From an uncultured Bacteroidota bacterium (GTDB lineage: Bacteria; Bacteroidota; Ignavibacteria; UBA10030; UBA6906): a stretch of 64,000 nt of DNA. The stretch spans positions 192,001 through 256,000 of the forward strand of contig CAVOYH010000001.1 in the NCBI GenBank assembly GCA_963700635.1, in the 5' to 3' direction. Position 1 is the stretch's first letter. The number at the start of each line of letters is the position of its first letter. Shown here in pieces: positions 31,947 to 42,014 of the stretch. Both the position numbers and the translations under genes were made by a program. Below the pieces are notes generated by a model. That model was not told the origin of the DNA. It did no database searches and saw nothing but the letters and a program-made list of their open reading frames with translations.

Positions 31947-32522
31947 ATGTCGTTTCGCACCGTTTTTCTTCCCGTTTTAGTGATCATAATGGCCGTTGTG
32001 GCCGGTGGCTGTGGTTCGCCGGCGCCAGATGAGATGTTCGCGCAGGCGCAGGCAGCACACGACAGAGCTCAGCGGACCGTGGACAGTTTGGGCCGGAAAG
32101 CGGATACTCAAGCACTGTTTACCCCTGTTGCCGCCGCCTATGAGCAAGTTGCGGCGGATCATCCGTCGAGTATGCAGGCCGAGCATGCGTTGTTCAAGGC
32201 CGCAGAGTTGTATGCCGGCTATTTGCAGGATGTTCCCCGGGCGATCGATATGTACAAACGGTTCGTGGACGGATTTCCCGCAAGTGCGAAGGCCCCGACG
32301 GCGCTCTTTATGGTCGGGTACCTGTACAACAACCACCTGGGAATTACCGACAGTGCCGCTGCAGCATACACGAAGTTTCTGAGCCTCTATCCCCAGAATG
32401 AACTGGCAACATCGGCGCAATTTGAGCTTCAGACGCTGGGAAAAAATCCCGAGGATCTGCTTCCTCCTCCGGCAGGCACTCATACCGTGACGGTGGCGCC
32501 AAGAAACCCGTCATCCCGGTAA
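31947..32522 (+). CDS. TPR lipoprotein (BamD/CpoB-like repeats)
   Basis: Signal peptide with lipobox VAGGC and repeated Y...F...(Y/F/H)P.S..A..A TPR units. Confidence 0.75.
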   Translation: MSFRTVFLPVLVIIMAVVAGGCGSPAPDEMFAQAQAAHDRAQRTVDSLGRKADTQALFTPVAAAYEQVAADHPSSMQAEHALFKAAELYAGYLQDVPRAIDMYKRFVDGFPASAKAPTALFMVGYLYNNHLGITDSAAAAYTKFLSLYPQNELATSAQFELQTLGKNPEDLLPPPAGTHTVTVAPRNPSSR

Positions 32523-32530
32523 CCCGGTTC

Positions 32531-33430
32531 ATGTCCAACGGTCCTCCAACACACCTGCTTCCGCACGTTGTCGCCAAACTCGCCAACATGGAGTTGCGTG
32601 CCCGGCTCGTGGTGGAGGGATTTATTGCCGGCCTCCATCGTAGTCCTTATCACGGTTTTAGCGTCGAATTTGCCGAACACCGGCCGTACATGCCGGGAGA
32701 TGAGATCCGGCACGTGGACTGGAAGATCTATGGGCGGACGGACAGATTTTACATCAAGCAGTATGAAGAAGAGACGAATCTCAAGGCCTATCTGGTTCTG
32801 GACACCAGCCGGTCGATGACCTATGCATCACCGGGGGAAGTTACAAAACTCGAATACGCCGCCTCTCTGGCCGCTTCACTTGCATATCTGATGATTCAAC
32901 AACAAGACGCTGTCGGACTGACGCTGTTTGATGAAAGCATTTCCGCGTTCATGCCCCCGCACGCCACCCGGGCGTATCTGCAGCAGATTCTTGTAGCGTT
33001 ACAGACACTGCGCGGAGGGGGCGGTACGGCGGCAGGGCGATCGTTGCACCTGGTCGCCGAACGAATCCGCCGGCGTGGTCTGGTGATAATCCTGAGCGAT
33101 CTTTTTGATGATCCGGACCAGGTTCTTGCCGCATTCAAACACTTCCGCCACAAGAAAAACGAAGTTATCGTCATGCACGTGCTGGATCCCCTGGAGCGGT
33201 CGTTTGCCTTTGGCGAGGACGCCGCATTTGAGGATCTTGAAACCGAAGAAAGAATGGTCACCCAGCCTTGGCACGTACGGCGCGCGTATGCGGAAGCCCT
33301 GCAGTCGTTTGTCGGACGGTATAAACGCGAATGTCGTGAGCACCAGATTGACTACGTCCTGCTTGACACCCGCACCCCTTTTGATGTTGCCCTCATGGAG
33401 TATTTGAGCAAACGGCGCCACCTGCACTGA
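32531..33430 (+). CDS. DUF58 domain-containing protein
   Basis: [34 protein letters not shown] and ILSDL motifs. Confidence 0.9.
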   Translation: MSNGPPTHLLPHVVAKLANMELRARLVVEGFIAGLHRSPYHGFSVEFAEHRPYMPGDEIRHVDWKIYGRTDRFYIKQYEEETNLKAYLVLDTSRSMTYASPGEVTKLEYAASLAASLAYLMIQQQDAVGLTLFDESISAFMPPHATRAYLQQILVALQTLRGGGGTAAGRSLHLVAERIRRRGLVIILSDLFDDPDQVLAAFKHFRHKKNEVIVMHVLDPLERSFAFGEDAAFEDLETEERMVTQPWHVRRAYAEALQSFVGRYKRECREHQIDYVLLDTRTPFDVALMEYLSKRRHLH

Positions 33431-33517
33431 CCTTCTGTTTGATTTCCATCCGGATAGTGGTAAATTACTTGATTATGATGATACCTCCCGGCACAACACT
33501 GTCCCGTACGCATACGA

Positions 33518-36487
33518 ATGTCTGACAACCAGAACGGTACAGGGCTGCAGTCGATTGTCATTCGTGGCGCCCGCGAACACAATCTGAAGGGTGTTGATGT
33601 TGACATCCCGCGGGACCGGCTTGTCGTCATCACCGGCCTGTCCGGTTCTGGGAAATCCAGCCTTGCATTTGACACCATCTATGCCGAAGGTCAGCGGCGC
33701 TTTGTGGAGAGTCTCTCGGCATACGCGCGCCAGTTTCTGGACGTGATGGAACGTCCGGACGTTGACTACATTGAGGGACTAAGCCCCGCCATTTCCATCG
33801 AGCAAAAAACCGTCGGGCATAATCCCCGCTCCACCGTTGGTACGGTCACGGAAATCTACGACTATCTCCGGCTCTTATTTGCGCGTGCGGGAACCCAGTT
33901 CTGCTGGAAATGCGGGGGGCCCGTGCAAAAACAGAGTACCGATCAGATTATCGAAACGATTCTCCGTCTTCCCGAGGGGACGCATGTGCACATCCTGGCG
34001 CCGGTCGTACGCGGGCGCAAGGGGCATTACAGGGAGCTCTTTGAGGAAATCACCAGGGATGGGTTTATCCGGGTTCGCATTGACGGGGTGGTGAGGGAGC
34101 TGGAGAAAGGACTGCAGGCGGATCGGTACAAGGTCCACAATATCGAAATCCTCGTTGACCGCCTGGTTATACGGAAGGACTCCCGGCCCCGCGTGGCAGA
34201 TTCCGTCGATGTCGCTCTCAAGTTTGGGAACGGTATTCTCATTGTAAGTCCTGAACCCGCGGATGACGGTGGTGACGGCCGGCGCCCGGCCAAAAAGGCG
34301 GCAAAACGAGAGCGCATTCCCCAGACATCATTACGCGAGGTGATGTACAGCCGCCATCTGGCCTGTCCGGTATGTGACATCAGCTACGAAGAACCGGCTC
34401 CCAATACATTCTCGTTCAATTCTCCTTACGGGGCATGTCCAACCTGTAACGGGCTTGGAGAAGTGAAAGAGCTGGACATCGATCTCATGATTCCTGACGA
34501 TTCCCTGTCAATAAATCAGGAAGGTATCGCTTCCCTGGGGAAACCACGTGCGACGTGGGTCTTTAACCAAGTCCGCGCGGTCGGGAAAACCTATGGATTT
34601 GATTTTGATACGCCGCTCCGGAAAATAAGCACAAGAGCCAGAGATGTTCTCCTCCATGGAGGAGGAGACGAACGTTTCGCCGTGGAATACTCCTACAGCA
34701 GCGGGCGGACCGTCACCTACAAGCACCGCTTCGGGGGTCTTCTGGACACGATGAAGCGGTACTATGCCGATACCACCTCCAATTCGGTCCGCGAGTGGGT
34801 GGAGGCGTATATGAACGCACAGGCCTGTCCGGAGTGTAAGGGCGGACGCCTCAAAAAGGAGAATCTTTCCGTCCGGATTGAAGATGCTCTCTCCGGGGAG
34901 AATACATCAATCCAGCACGTTGTAGGCCTCTCGATCGGAGAAGCTCTGGAATTTTTCCGGGGTCTGAAGCCCGGCCCCAGGCAGGCGGTGATCGCAGCTC
35001 CGATTGTCAAAGAGATCAAACAACGGCTTGAGTTCCTTGTGGATGTCGGACTCGAGTACCTAACACTCGATCGCCCTGCACGATCCCTTTCCGGGGGGGA
35101 GGGCCAGCGTATCCGTCTCGCGACGCAAATCGGCTCCCAGCTCGTCGGGGTGCTCTACATACTTGATGAGCCCAGCATCGGACTGCACCAGCGGGACAAT
35201 CGAAGATTGATCTCGTCACTCAAGAAACTCCGCGACATCGGAAACACCCTGATCGTTGTGGAACATGATCGTGATATGATCGAAAGTGCGGACTTTGTGA
35301 TCGACCTCGGCCCGGGAGCGGGGGAGCACGGCGGGGCACTGGTGACCTCGGGCCCGCCCGGTTCTCTCCAACTTCGTAATGACAATCTCTCCATGTCGGA
35401 GAACGGGTTCCCCCCGATCTCGTACACGGCGCACTATCTGCAGGGACACAAGACCATTCCTATCCCCGCAACACGCCGCGCGGGGAACGGAAAGATGGTT
35501 GTGCTCGAAAAGGCCAGTGGAAATAACCTGGCAGGGGTGACACTCAGACTTCCTCTCGGCAAGCTGATTGCCGTTACGGGCGTGAGCGGATCGGGTAAAT
35601 CCACACTGATTGCGGAGACCCTCTACCGGATCCTTGCCAGAAAATTCTACAGGGCGAAGGCGGTTCCATTGCCCTTTAAGGCTATTCGCGGGCTCGAGCA
35701 TATCGACAAGGTTATTGACATCGATCAGACACCAATCGGGCGCACGCCACGCTCCAATCCCGCCACATATACGGGGTTGTTCGGCCTGGTACGCGATCTG
35801 TTTACGCGGCTTCCCGAGGCGCAGATCCGCGGGTACAAACCCGGCCGCTTCAGCTTTAATGTCGCGGGCGGCCGGTGTGACAACTGCGAGGGTGACGGTG
35901 TCCGCAAGATCGAAATGAATTTTCTCCCTGATGTGTACGTGCAATGTGATGTCTGCAAAGGCCGTCGGTACAACAGGGAAACGCTGCAGGTGGTGTACAA
36001 AGGCAAATCGATCGCCGACGTCCTGGACATGACTGTCGGCGAAGCCGTGGACTTTTTCAGTGAAATACCAAAACTCCAACGCAAACTCAGAACCCTGCAT
36101 GATGTCGGACTGGGGTATATCCGCATCGGCCAGCAGGCGACGACTCTCAGCGGGGGCGAAGCACAACGTATCAAGCTCTCCACGGAACTCTCGAAAGTCG
36201 GCACAGGAAATACCCTCTATATCCTGGACGAGCCGACCACCGGATTGCACTTCGAGGATGTCCGGATGCTGCTGGGTGTCCTTAACAGGTTGGTGGACAA
36301 AGGGAACACCGTCGTGGTGATTGAACATAACCTGGACGTTGTCAAAGCGGTGGATTGGGTGATTGATCTTGGACCCGGAGGGGGAAAGGATGGCGGGAGG
36401 ATCATCGCGGAAGGGACTCCCGAAGATGTTGCACGGATGGCGGCCTCGGTGACCGGCGAATACCTCCGGCACGAGGTATCAGGCTGA
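33518..36487 (+). CDS. uvrA: excinuclease ABC subunit A
   Basis: [19 protein letters not shown], two LSGGE ABC signatures and zinc fingers. Confidence 0.98.
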   Translation: MSDNQNGTGLQSIVIRGAREHNLKGVDVDIPRDRLVVITGLSGSGKSSLAFDTIYAEGQRRFVESLSAYARQFLDVMERPDVDYIEGLSPAISIEQKTVGHNPRSTVGTVTEIYDYLRLLFARAGTQFCWKCGGPVQKQSTDQIIETILRLPEGTHVHILAPVVRGRKGHYRELFEEITRDGFIRVRIDGVVRELEKGLQADRYKVHNIEILVDRLVIRKDSRPRVADSVDVALKFGNGILIVSPEPADDGGDGRRPAKKAAKRERIPQTSLREVMYSRHLACPVCDISYEEPAPNTFSFNSPYGACPTCNGLGEVKELDIDLMIPDDSLSINQEGIASLGKPRATWVFNQVRAVGKTYGFDFDTPLRKISTRARDVLLHGGGDERFAVEYSYSSGRTVTYKHRFGGLLDTMKRYYADTTSNSVREWVEAYMNAQACPECKGGRLKKENLSVRIEDALSGENTSIQHVVGLSIGEALEFFRGLKPGPRQAVIAAPIVKEIKQRLEFLVDVGLEYLTLDRPARSLSGGEGQRIRLATQIGSQLVGVLYILDEPSIGLHQRDNRRLISSLKKLRDIGNTLIVVEHDRDMIESADFVIDLGPGAGEHGGALVTSGPPGSLQLRNDNLSMSENGFPPISYTAHYLQGHKTIPIPATRRAGNGKMVVLEKASGNNLAGVTLRLPLGKLIAVTGVSGSGKSTLIAETLYRILARKFYRAKAVPLPFKAIRGLEHIDKVIDIDQTPIGRTPRSNPATYTGLFGLVRDLFTRLPEAQIRGYKPGRFSFNVAGGRCDNCEGDGVRKIEMNFLPDVYVQCDVCKGRRYNRETLQVVYKGKSIADVLDMTVGEAVDFFSEIPKLQRKLRTLHDVGLGYIRIGQQATTLSGGEAQRIKLSTELSKVGTGNTLYILDEPTTGLHFEDVRMLLGVLNRLVDKGNTVVVIEHNLDVVKAVDWVIDLGPGGGKDGGRIIAEGTPEDVARMAASVTGEYLRHEVSG

Positions 36488-36505
36488 TATCAGGGTGTTT
36501 TGTGC

Positions 36506-36533
36506 GGGGGCACCCCTGTGCCAGCCCCCTTTT
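36506..36533 (+). terminator. possible terminator after uvrA
   Basis: Imperfect GGGGGCAC/GTGCC..CCCCC stem followed by TTTT. Confidence 0.35.
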
Positions 36534-36632
36534 GTCCTGCATATCCGCCCCCCTTTCACAATACAAAAGTGCCTTGTGGGTTTCCTGAAGAAATGTTACT
36601 CTGTATTGTATGGACAGACCGGGAAAGACATT

Positions 36633-36989
36633 ATGCAAAGAATCTGTGTTATCCTCATGGTCGCCGCCCTGGTATCGTGTAGTACAGGGCCCGCATTGAA
36701 CGTTGAGGAAAAAGCCAAACTGGATCCCATGCTCCAGGAGCTGGTGCTCGGGCGGGTTGTCGCGGAGCACCGGTACGATGTTGGACTCCGACCCGATGGC
36801 AGCAAAGAATACGGCGTTATCGTCCGGACCGGGAGTCCTGAAGATGTACGGTCATTAGGCATAACAATCGGAAGCGTTGTGGGTGAGATCGTCACCGTTC
36901 GCGTAAACGCTGAAGAACTCAGACGTCTGGCTGCTCTCCCGTCCGTGAGAAGTATTCAGAGCAGCGCACTGGACACACTTCATAAGTAA
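36633..36989 (+). CDS. lipoprotein consisting of a stand-alone subtilase propeptide (inhibitor I9-like) domain
   Basis: Lipobox LVS-C16. Residues 60-116 align without gaps to residues 61-117 of the downstream S8 protease (23/57 identical by hand). Confidence 0.75.
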   Translation: MQRICVILMVAALVSCSTGPALNVEEKAKLDPMLQELVLGRVVAEHRYDVGLRPDGSKEYGVIVRTGSPEDVRSLGITIGSVVGEIVTVRVNAEELRRLAALPSVRSIQSSALDTLHK

Positions 36990-37021
36990 CTCTATCACGC
37001 ACCAACCGAAAGGTCCATCGT

Positions 37022-39712
37022 ATGAAGAGCCATCTCCGAACGCTTCTGGCTGTTCTGGTCGGTTTTTCCGGCATGTTCTCGGCATCGGCCGGGACATTGA
37101 CCGATGTGGAAACAGGAAAACTCCATCCGTTTTTTAAGCAGGTGCTTACCGAACAGGCCGTGCGCGGAGATGTACGGTTGGAAAAAGCCGCACCGGTGGT
37201 GTATGACGTAATCGTGTACACGTCATCTCCCGATGCCGTTCGTGCAGCCGGATTTTTTGTCAATTCGGCCTTCAAGAACTTCGTGACCGTGCAATCGACC
37301 GCAGAGGGTATTGAACGTCTTGCCCGTATCGGAGAAGTATCATACATTGACCCCGGGAACACAAACACGCTCACCAATGACCTCAGCGTCGCGGATATTG
37401 GCGCATCGCTCCTCCACGGTGGGTTCATCAACGGCACACCCTACAAGGGACAGGGCGCAATTGTCGTTATTTTTGATTCCGGCATCGACTGGTCCCATCT
37501 GGATTTCCGGAATCCGGCGGATCCAACCAAATCCAGGATTCTTGCAATATGGGACCAGACCCTTGTCGCGACGGGAGCGGAAATGCCGCCATCCGGATTC
37601 GGTTATGGCGTAGAGTACACCCAGGCACATATCAACAATGAGATTGACGGCTCGCCTGCAGGGTTTGTGCGCACGCAGGACATCAACGGGCATGGTACCC
37701 ATGTGGCCGGAACGGCAGCAGGGAACGGCGGGACCTTCGGTGGGAAATACACAGGGGTCGCACCGCTGGCAGATATCATCGTCGTGAGAGGGGGAGACTA
37801 CTCTTTTTCTGAAAGCCGGATCATTGACGGTGTGAGTTATGCCCAGGCAAAAGCGACAGCCCTCGGTAAACCGGTCTCGGTAAACTTCAGTCTGGGAGGC
37901 CAAATTGGCCCTCATGATGGTACACGAGCGTATGAAATCGCGATGGCGGCGTTTACCGCAACAGCCGGAAGAGTGGTTGTTGTGTCAGCGGGGAACGATG
38001 GCAGTTTGAACATGCATCTGGGTGGGACGGTGCCGGCAAGCGGAAGCCAGCTGTTCACCTTTACTGTGCCGAGTTACACTCCCACCAGCGGGACAGAAAA
38101 TGACGAGTTCCTTCTGGATTTCTGGATCGACGGGAACCATAGTCTGTCAGCCACGGCTACGTCCCCCAACGGCGTCGTCTTTACACGGAACGCGGGAGAA
38201 ACCGGCGATGGACCCAACACGTCCGACGGCACGATCACATTGTGGAATTATATCAGTTCGCTCAATTTTCAACGCAACATTCAATTCTGGGTTCATGACA
38301 AGTCAACAAGCACACCGGCGTCGGGAACCTGGACGCTGCTGGTAACCAATAACACCGCAAGCGCTGTGCCTTTTGACGCCTGGTTGGCGGACCGGACAGT
38401 GGGGGCGGCAACGGTGACGTTGGCGGGCGGGAACAATGACAAATCGGTGGGCATGCCCGGCACAGCGAATGGTGCCATCACCGTTGCGTCGTATGTGACC
38501 AAGTGGGGATGGCCGTCGTATACCGGTTCCAACCGCGTGTATTCGGGCACTGACCGGACGGAGGACATTTCCACATTCAGCAGCATCGGCCCGACGCGTG
38601 ACGGCCGGACAAAACCTGAAATTGCAGCCCCGGGGCAGGGGATTTCGTCTGCACTGTCAACGTCTTCTGATACCGTGGGTGCATCCGCGTGGATACATCC
38701 CGGCCAGAAACACCGGTTGATGCAGGGGACGAGCATGGCAGCACCACATGTGGCCGGAGCTGCCGCAGTTTTACTGGGAGCTTCCCCGTCACTCACCGTT
38801 GGACAGATCACTTCCCTCATGACCTCGACGGCCAACACGGATGCGTTTACCGGTTCGACGTGGAACGCCACATGGGGGGCGGGAAAACTGGATCTTGTTG
38901 AAGCAATGGCACGGCATTTTTCGCCGGGTGCGACCATTGTACGGAAGATCTTTTCCTATGACCTTCCGACGAGTAACGTAACGGCACGCCTCACCGGCAC
39001 AACACAGTTTGCCCTTCGTTTTTCCCCGGACGTGAACGGACGACTAACCGGACTTCAGGTGAACGCGACAACGATCAACAACCGTCCGATTATCGGTCCA
39101 GGCCCGCTACGCTGTGAAGTGTACTCAAACAATGGCGGAGTTCCCGGAACAAAACTGGGGAATACGGCACTCCATCCGCTTCAGCTTATGAGCGAAGGGA
39201 CGCTCAATTATGTACAGATGATTGATGCGGGGGTGATGGTGACCAGCGGGACCGATTATTTTCTGGTGTTATCGCAGACCAATGCTAACGACACATTGAT
39301 TGTCCGGGGGGATACGGAGACAACGGGGACACGATCACTTATCAATTCCGGAAGTGGATGGGCGGCGGCGAGTACGAACCTGCGGATTCGTGCGATCGTC
39401 TCGAGCGGCTCCGGGGTCACCGATGTGGCGGGCACGAATACTGTTCCGGAGACGTATGCGCTGGAACAGAACTATCCGAATCCGTTTAACCCGAGCACTA
39501 CCATCCGGTTTAATATCCCGGCGGCGCAACGGGTTATCCTGAAGGTCTATAACCTGCTGGGTCAGGAAATTGCCACGCTCGTGGACGACAACCTCGTGGC
39601 AGGGAGGCACATCGTACAATGGCAGCCGGAACGCCTCGCGAGTGGAACGTATTTTTACCGGCTTGAGGCTGGCACATTCCGCGAAAGCAAGAAGGTCGTG
39701 TATCTGAGGTAA
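37022..39712 (+). CDS. S8 (subtilisin-like) serine peptidase with T9SS type A sorting domain
   Basis: Signal peptide; triad FDSGID / GHGTHVAG / GTSMAAPHVAG; oxyanion SAGND; C-terminal QNYPNPFNPST...GTYFYRL...KKVVYLR. Confidence 0.93.
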   Translation: MKSHLRTLLAVLVGFSGMFSASAGTLTDVETGKLHPFFKQVLTEQAVRGDVRLEKAAPVVYDVIVYTSSPDAVRAAGFFVNSAFKNFVTVQSTAEGIERLARIGEVSYIDPGNTNTLTNDLSVADIGASLLHGGFINGTPYKGQGAIVVIFDSGIDWSHLDFRNPADPTKSRILAIWDQTLVATGAEMPPSGFGYGVEYTQAHINNEIDGSPAGFVRTQDINGHGTHVAGTAAGNGGTFGGKYTGVAPLADIIVVRGGDYSFSESRIIDGVSYAQAKATALGKPVSVNFSLGGQIGPHDGTRAYEIAMAAFTATAGRVVVVSAGNDGSLNMHLGGTVPASGSQLFTFTVPSYTPTSGTENDEFLLDFWIDGNHSLSATATSPNGVVFTRNAGETGDGPNTSDGTITLWNYISSLNFQRNIQFWVHDKSTSTPASGTWTLLVTNNTASAVPFDAWLADRTVGAATVTLAGGNNDKSVGMPGTANGAITVASYVTKWGWPSYTGSNRVYSGTDRTEDISTFSSIGPTRDGRTKPEIAAPGQGISSALSTSSDTVGASAWIHPGQKHRLMQGTSMAAPHVAGAAAVLLGASPSLTVGQITSLMTSTANTDAFTGSTWNATWGAGKLDLVEAMARHFSPGATIVRKIFSYDLPTSNVTARLTGTTQFALRFSPDVNGRLTGLQVNATTINNRPIIGPGPLRCEVYSNNGGVPGTKLGNTALHPLQLMSEGTLNYVQMIDAGVMVTSGTDYFLVLSQTNANDTLIVRGDTETTGTRSLINSGSGWAAASTNLRIRAIVSSGSGVTDVAGTNTVPETYALEQNYPNPFNPSTTIRFNIPAAQRVILKVYNLLGQEIATLVDDNLVAGRHIVQWQPERLASGTYFYRLEAGTFRESKKVVYLR

Positions 39713-39735
39713 TCCGGAGGTATGGTTTCTCAACG

Positions 39736-39773
39736 ATGCAGGGCACGTGCGGACGATGCGCCGTGCCCTGCAT
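39736..39773. terminator. hairpin between convergent genes
   Basis: ATGCAGGGCACG-N14-CGTGCCCTGCAT perfect 12-bp stem. Confidence 0.55.
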
Positions 39774-39778
39774 TGCTG

Positions 39779-40423
39779 TTATTCCCTGTTATGGCGTATC
39801 CCGGGACCTGATAAAGAAGCGCGTTTCCGGATGAAAAACCTCAGCTTCGCTTCTTTTCCCTTCGAGATGCCGATGCGCGTCGTTGTCTCGATATCCGTGG
39901 TGCGCGGCAGGTCCTCCCCCTTTTCTATCCAGACTGTGCTCCCGCAGAGGTCTGTGCCATTCTCGTTTCTGGTGATGCCAAGTGCCTGACAGAGCTTTGC
40001 AGGTCCACTGCACAGCGCACCCAGGTCCGACACGGGGCGCTGGCGATTGGACGCCATGCTGTGAATTCCCTGAAGCGGTTCCAGAGCACGGATAAGAACA
40101 GCGCTGCCTGTTCCTTCTCTGCCCGTGACAACATTGGCACAAAAATGTTTGCCGTATGTAAAATACACGTACAGATGCCCCCCCTCCCAGAACATCACGT
40201 CATTTCGTGCCGTGCGACCCCGGAATGCATGGCTGGCGGGATCCTCGTGGCCAAGGTATGCCTCAACCTCTATGATCCTTCCTCCGAGAAGTTGCCGCCC
40301 GGATCTGCGGACCAGGACGTTCCCCAGCAGTTGCCGGGCAACCGTGACGGTGGGCCTGCAGTAAAAGGTGCGCGGAAGTTGTTGGTGACGTGTCACCAGG
40401 GTCCTGGGTCGGGTTGTGTGCAT
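39779..40423 (-). CDS. DNA-3-methyladenine glycosylase (MPG/AAG family)
   Basis: IIEVEAYLG, YVYFTYG, AVLIRALEP, GPAKLCQAL and RIGI motifs. Confidence 0.93.
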   Translation of the reverse strand: MHTTRPRTLVTRHQQLPRTFYCRPTVTVARQLLGNVLVRRSGRQLLGGRIIEVEAYLGHEDPASHAFRGRTARNDVMFWEGGHLYVYFTYGKHFCANVVTGREGTGSAVLIRALEPLQGIHSMASNRQRPVSDLGALCSGPAKLCQALGITRNENGTDLCGSTVWIEKGEDLPRTTDIETTTRIGISKGKEAKLRFFIRKRASLSGPGIRHNRE

Positions 40424-40441
40424 GGATGTGGAAGTCCGGTC

Positions 40442-40475
40442 AAAAAAAAGGGTGCCATCACGGCACCCTGTTTTT
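40442..40475 (-). terminator. intrinsic terminator (bidirectional shape)
   Basis: A8, then AGGGTGCC-N5-GGCACCCT, then GTTTTT; follows the 40494 stop on the minus strand. Confidence 0.7.
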
Positions 40476-40493
40476 CCGGTGCTGGTTGAGAGC

Positions 40494-41360
40494 CTAAAGG
40501 AACGAGTAACTTACTCCAATTGCCAGGGTCTCTTTCACCTGGGTCTTCGGGCTGATCCTTTTTTCGTTCAGGAGTTGCACATTGAGGAGCACCGTAATGT
40601 ACTTGCTCACTTTTGCAGCGAGGACATTGTCGCTCCGCACAATCACTTCGTCAATGTTTTTGAACGTGCTGAAGAGCTCAAGTTTGGACGAGAATCCTAC
40701 GTTTTCGTCGAGTTTCCAGACAAACTCCGTCACCGATTCAAGCCCGCCCTGAACGCTTGTCTTCTCAATTTCGAGAGTCTCAGGATCGTCAGCATAGCCG
40801 GGGAAATTAGACGTGAGAATTTCCCTCAGTCCGACACCGAACCGGGTCTTCAGTTCCGGTGCCGGCTGATACACGATACCCACGCTCTGGGTAAGGTACG
40901 CCGGGTCAAAAAACTGGGAGACCGGAACAGACGCTCCCGAGGCATCGTACCTGTAGCCTTTGGCGAACTGTGTTTTCAGCGTCGCCGCACCGTACGGATT
41001 AAGCTGTTCGGAGACCTTGTACGTGAGCATGGTCTCAAGGTCGATCCGATCGTCCGTCTTACGGATGCCCTGATCACCCAGGCGGGTCTGGCCGAAACCG
41101 AATTTGTAGGTGTTGGACCAGCTGGTCCGCTCCTGTTCGTTCGTGGATTTTCCGTCCACGCCGAGAGCCCACGCGAGAGCATTCTCGCCACCCTGCGTCC
41201 AGTCAGAAAATGCCACCTGGGTAAAGGTGAGGCCTCCGACAAGTGAATGGATCCAGCCGTACTGAGGGGCTGCGGAAGTGTCCTGTTGCGCCCATACCCC
41301 GGTTACAGCGAAGCCGGAGAGCAGCAAAACAAGAACACACTGTGAGAGTCGGTGAATCAT
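40494..41360 (-). CDS. outer-membrane beta-barrel protein, DUF3078-like
   Basis: Signal peptide, QVAFSDWTQGG, RKTDD, TQFAKGY and FFDPAYL motifs, and a beta-signal-like end (IGVSYSFL). Confidence 0.75.
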   Translation of the reverse strand: MIHRLSQCVLVLLLSGFAVTGVWAQQDTSAAPQYGWIHSLVGGLTFTQVAFSDWTQGGENALAWALGVDGKSTNEQERTSWSNTYKFGFGQTRLGDQGIRKTDDRIDLETMLTYKVSEQLNPYGAATLKTQFAKGYRYDASGASVPVSQFFDPAYLTQSVGIVYQPAPELKTRFGVGLREILTSNFPGYADDPETLEIEKTSVQGGLESVTEFVWKLDENVGFSSKLELFSTFKNIDEVIVRSDNVLAAKVSKYITVLLNVQLLNEKRISPKTQVKETLAIGVSYSFL

Positions 41361-41426
41361 GAGAAGATATCCTTCAGAAATATGTTCATGGGTAATGGTA
41401 GAAGCTACCAGACGGGGTACACCCGA

Positions 41427-41834
41427 TCATCGTTTTCCCGTCTTGAGCAGGTCCCGGATCTCCGAAAGCAACACTTCCTGTTTCGGAGGTGCGGCCGGTG
41501 CCGCCGGAGCTTCTTCCTGCTTCTTGCGGAGAGAATTCATTCCGCGGATGAGCATGAAGATGACAAAAGCCACAATGATAAAATCAATCGTGACATTGAT
41601 GAAGAGGCCGTATTTTATCATAACCGCCGGGGCTGTTTCTGTGGCCTCACGAAGTGTAAAGCCCAGGGTGCTAAAATCAACGCCGCCAAGGAGTATGCCG
41701 ATCGGCGGCATGAGCACATCATTGACCAGGGATGATATGATTTTCCCGAAGGCGCCGCCGATGATGATACCGACGGCCATATCGACTACATTGCCACGCA
41801 TGGCAAAGGATTTGAATTCTTGCATCATGGACAT
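41427..41834 (-). CDS. mscL: large-conductance mechanosensitive channel
   Basis: [21 protein letters not shown] and LLSEIRDLL motifs. Confidence 0.97.
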   Translation of the reverse strand: MSMMQEFKSFAMRGNVVDMAVGIIIGGAFGKIISSLVNDVLMPPIGILLGGVDFSTLGFTLREATETAPAVMIKYGLFINVTIDFIIVAFVIFMLIRGMNSLRKKQEEAPAAPAAPPKQEVLLSEIRDLLKTGKR

Positions 41835-42014
41835 GGATTATTCTCCGTAATGAATAAAAAAGATTATGGAACGCTTCAAAAGACGACGGATCTAGCTGGA
41901 TACATGCTGAGGCGCAGTGGACGGAACAGGACATTTCTTCATCTCCACTGCGCCTCGGCGGTTCATATGAACATGTGCCGTGTCATCACAACACCTTCAA
42001 CAGCCCGCAGGTGC

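Noticed and set aside
33431-33517. SOS box upstream of uvrA
   Set aside because: No CTGT-N8-ACAG, GAAC-N4-GTTC or other convincing palindrome seen.
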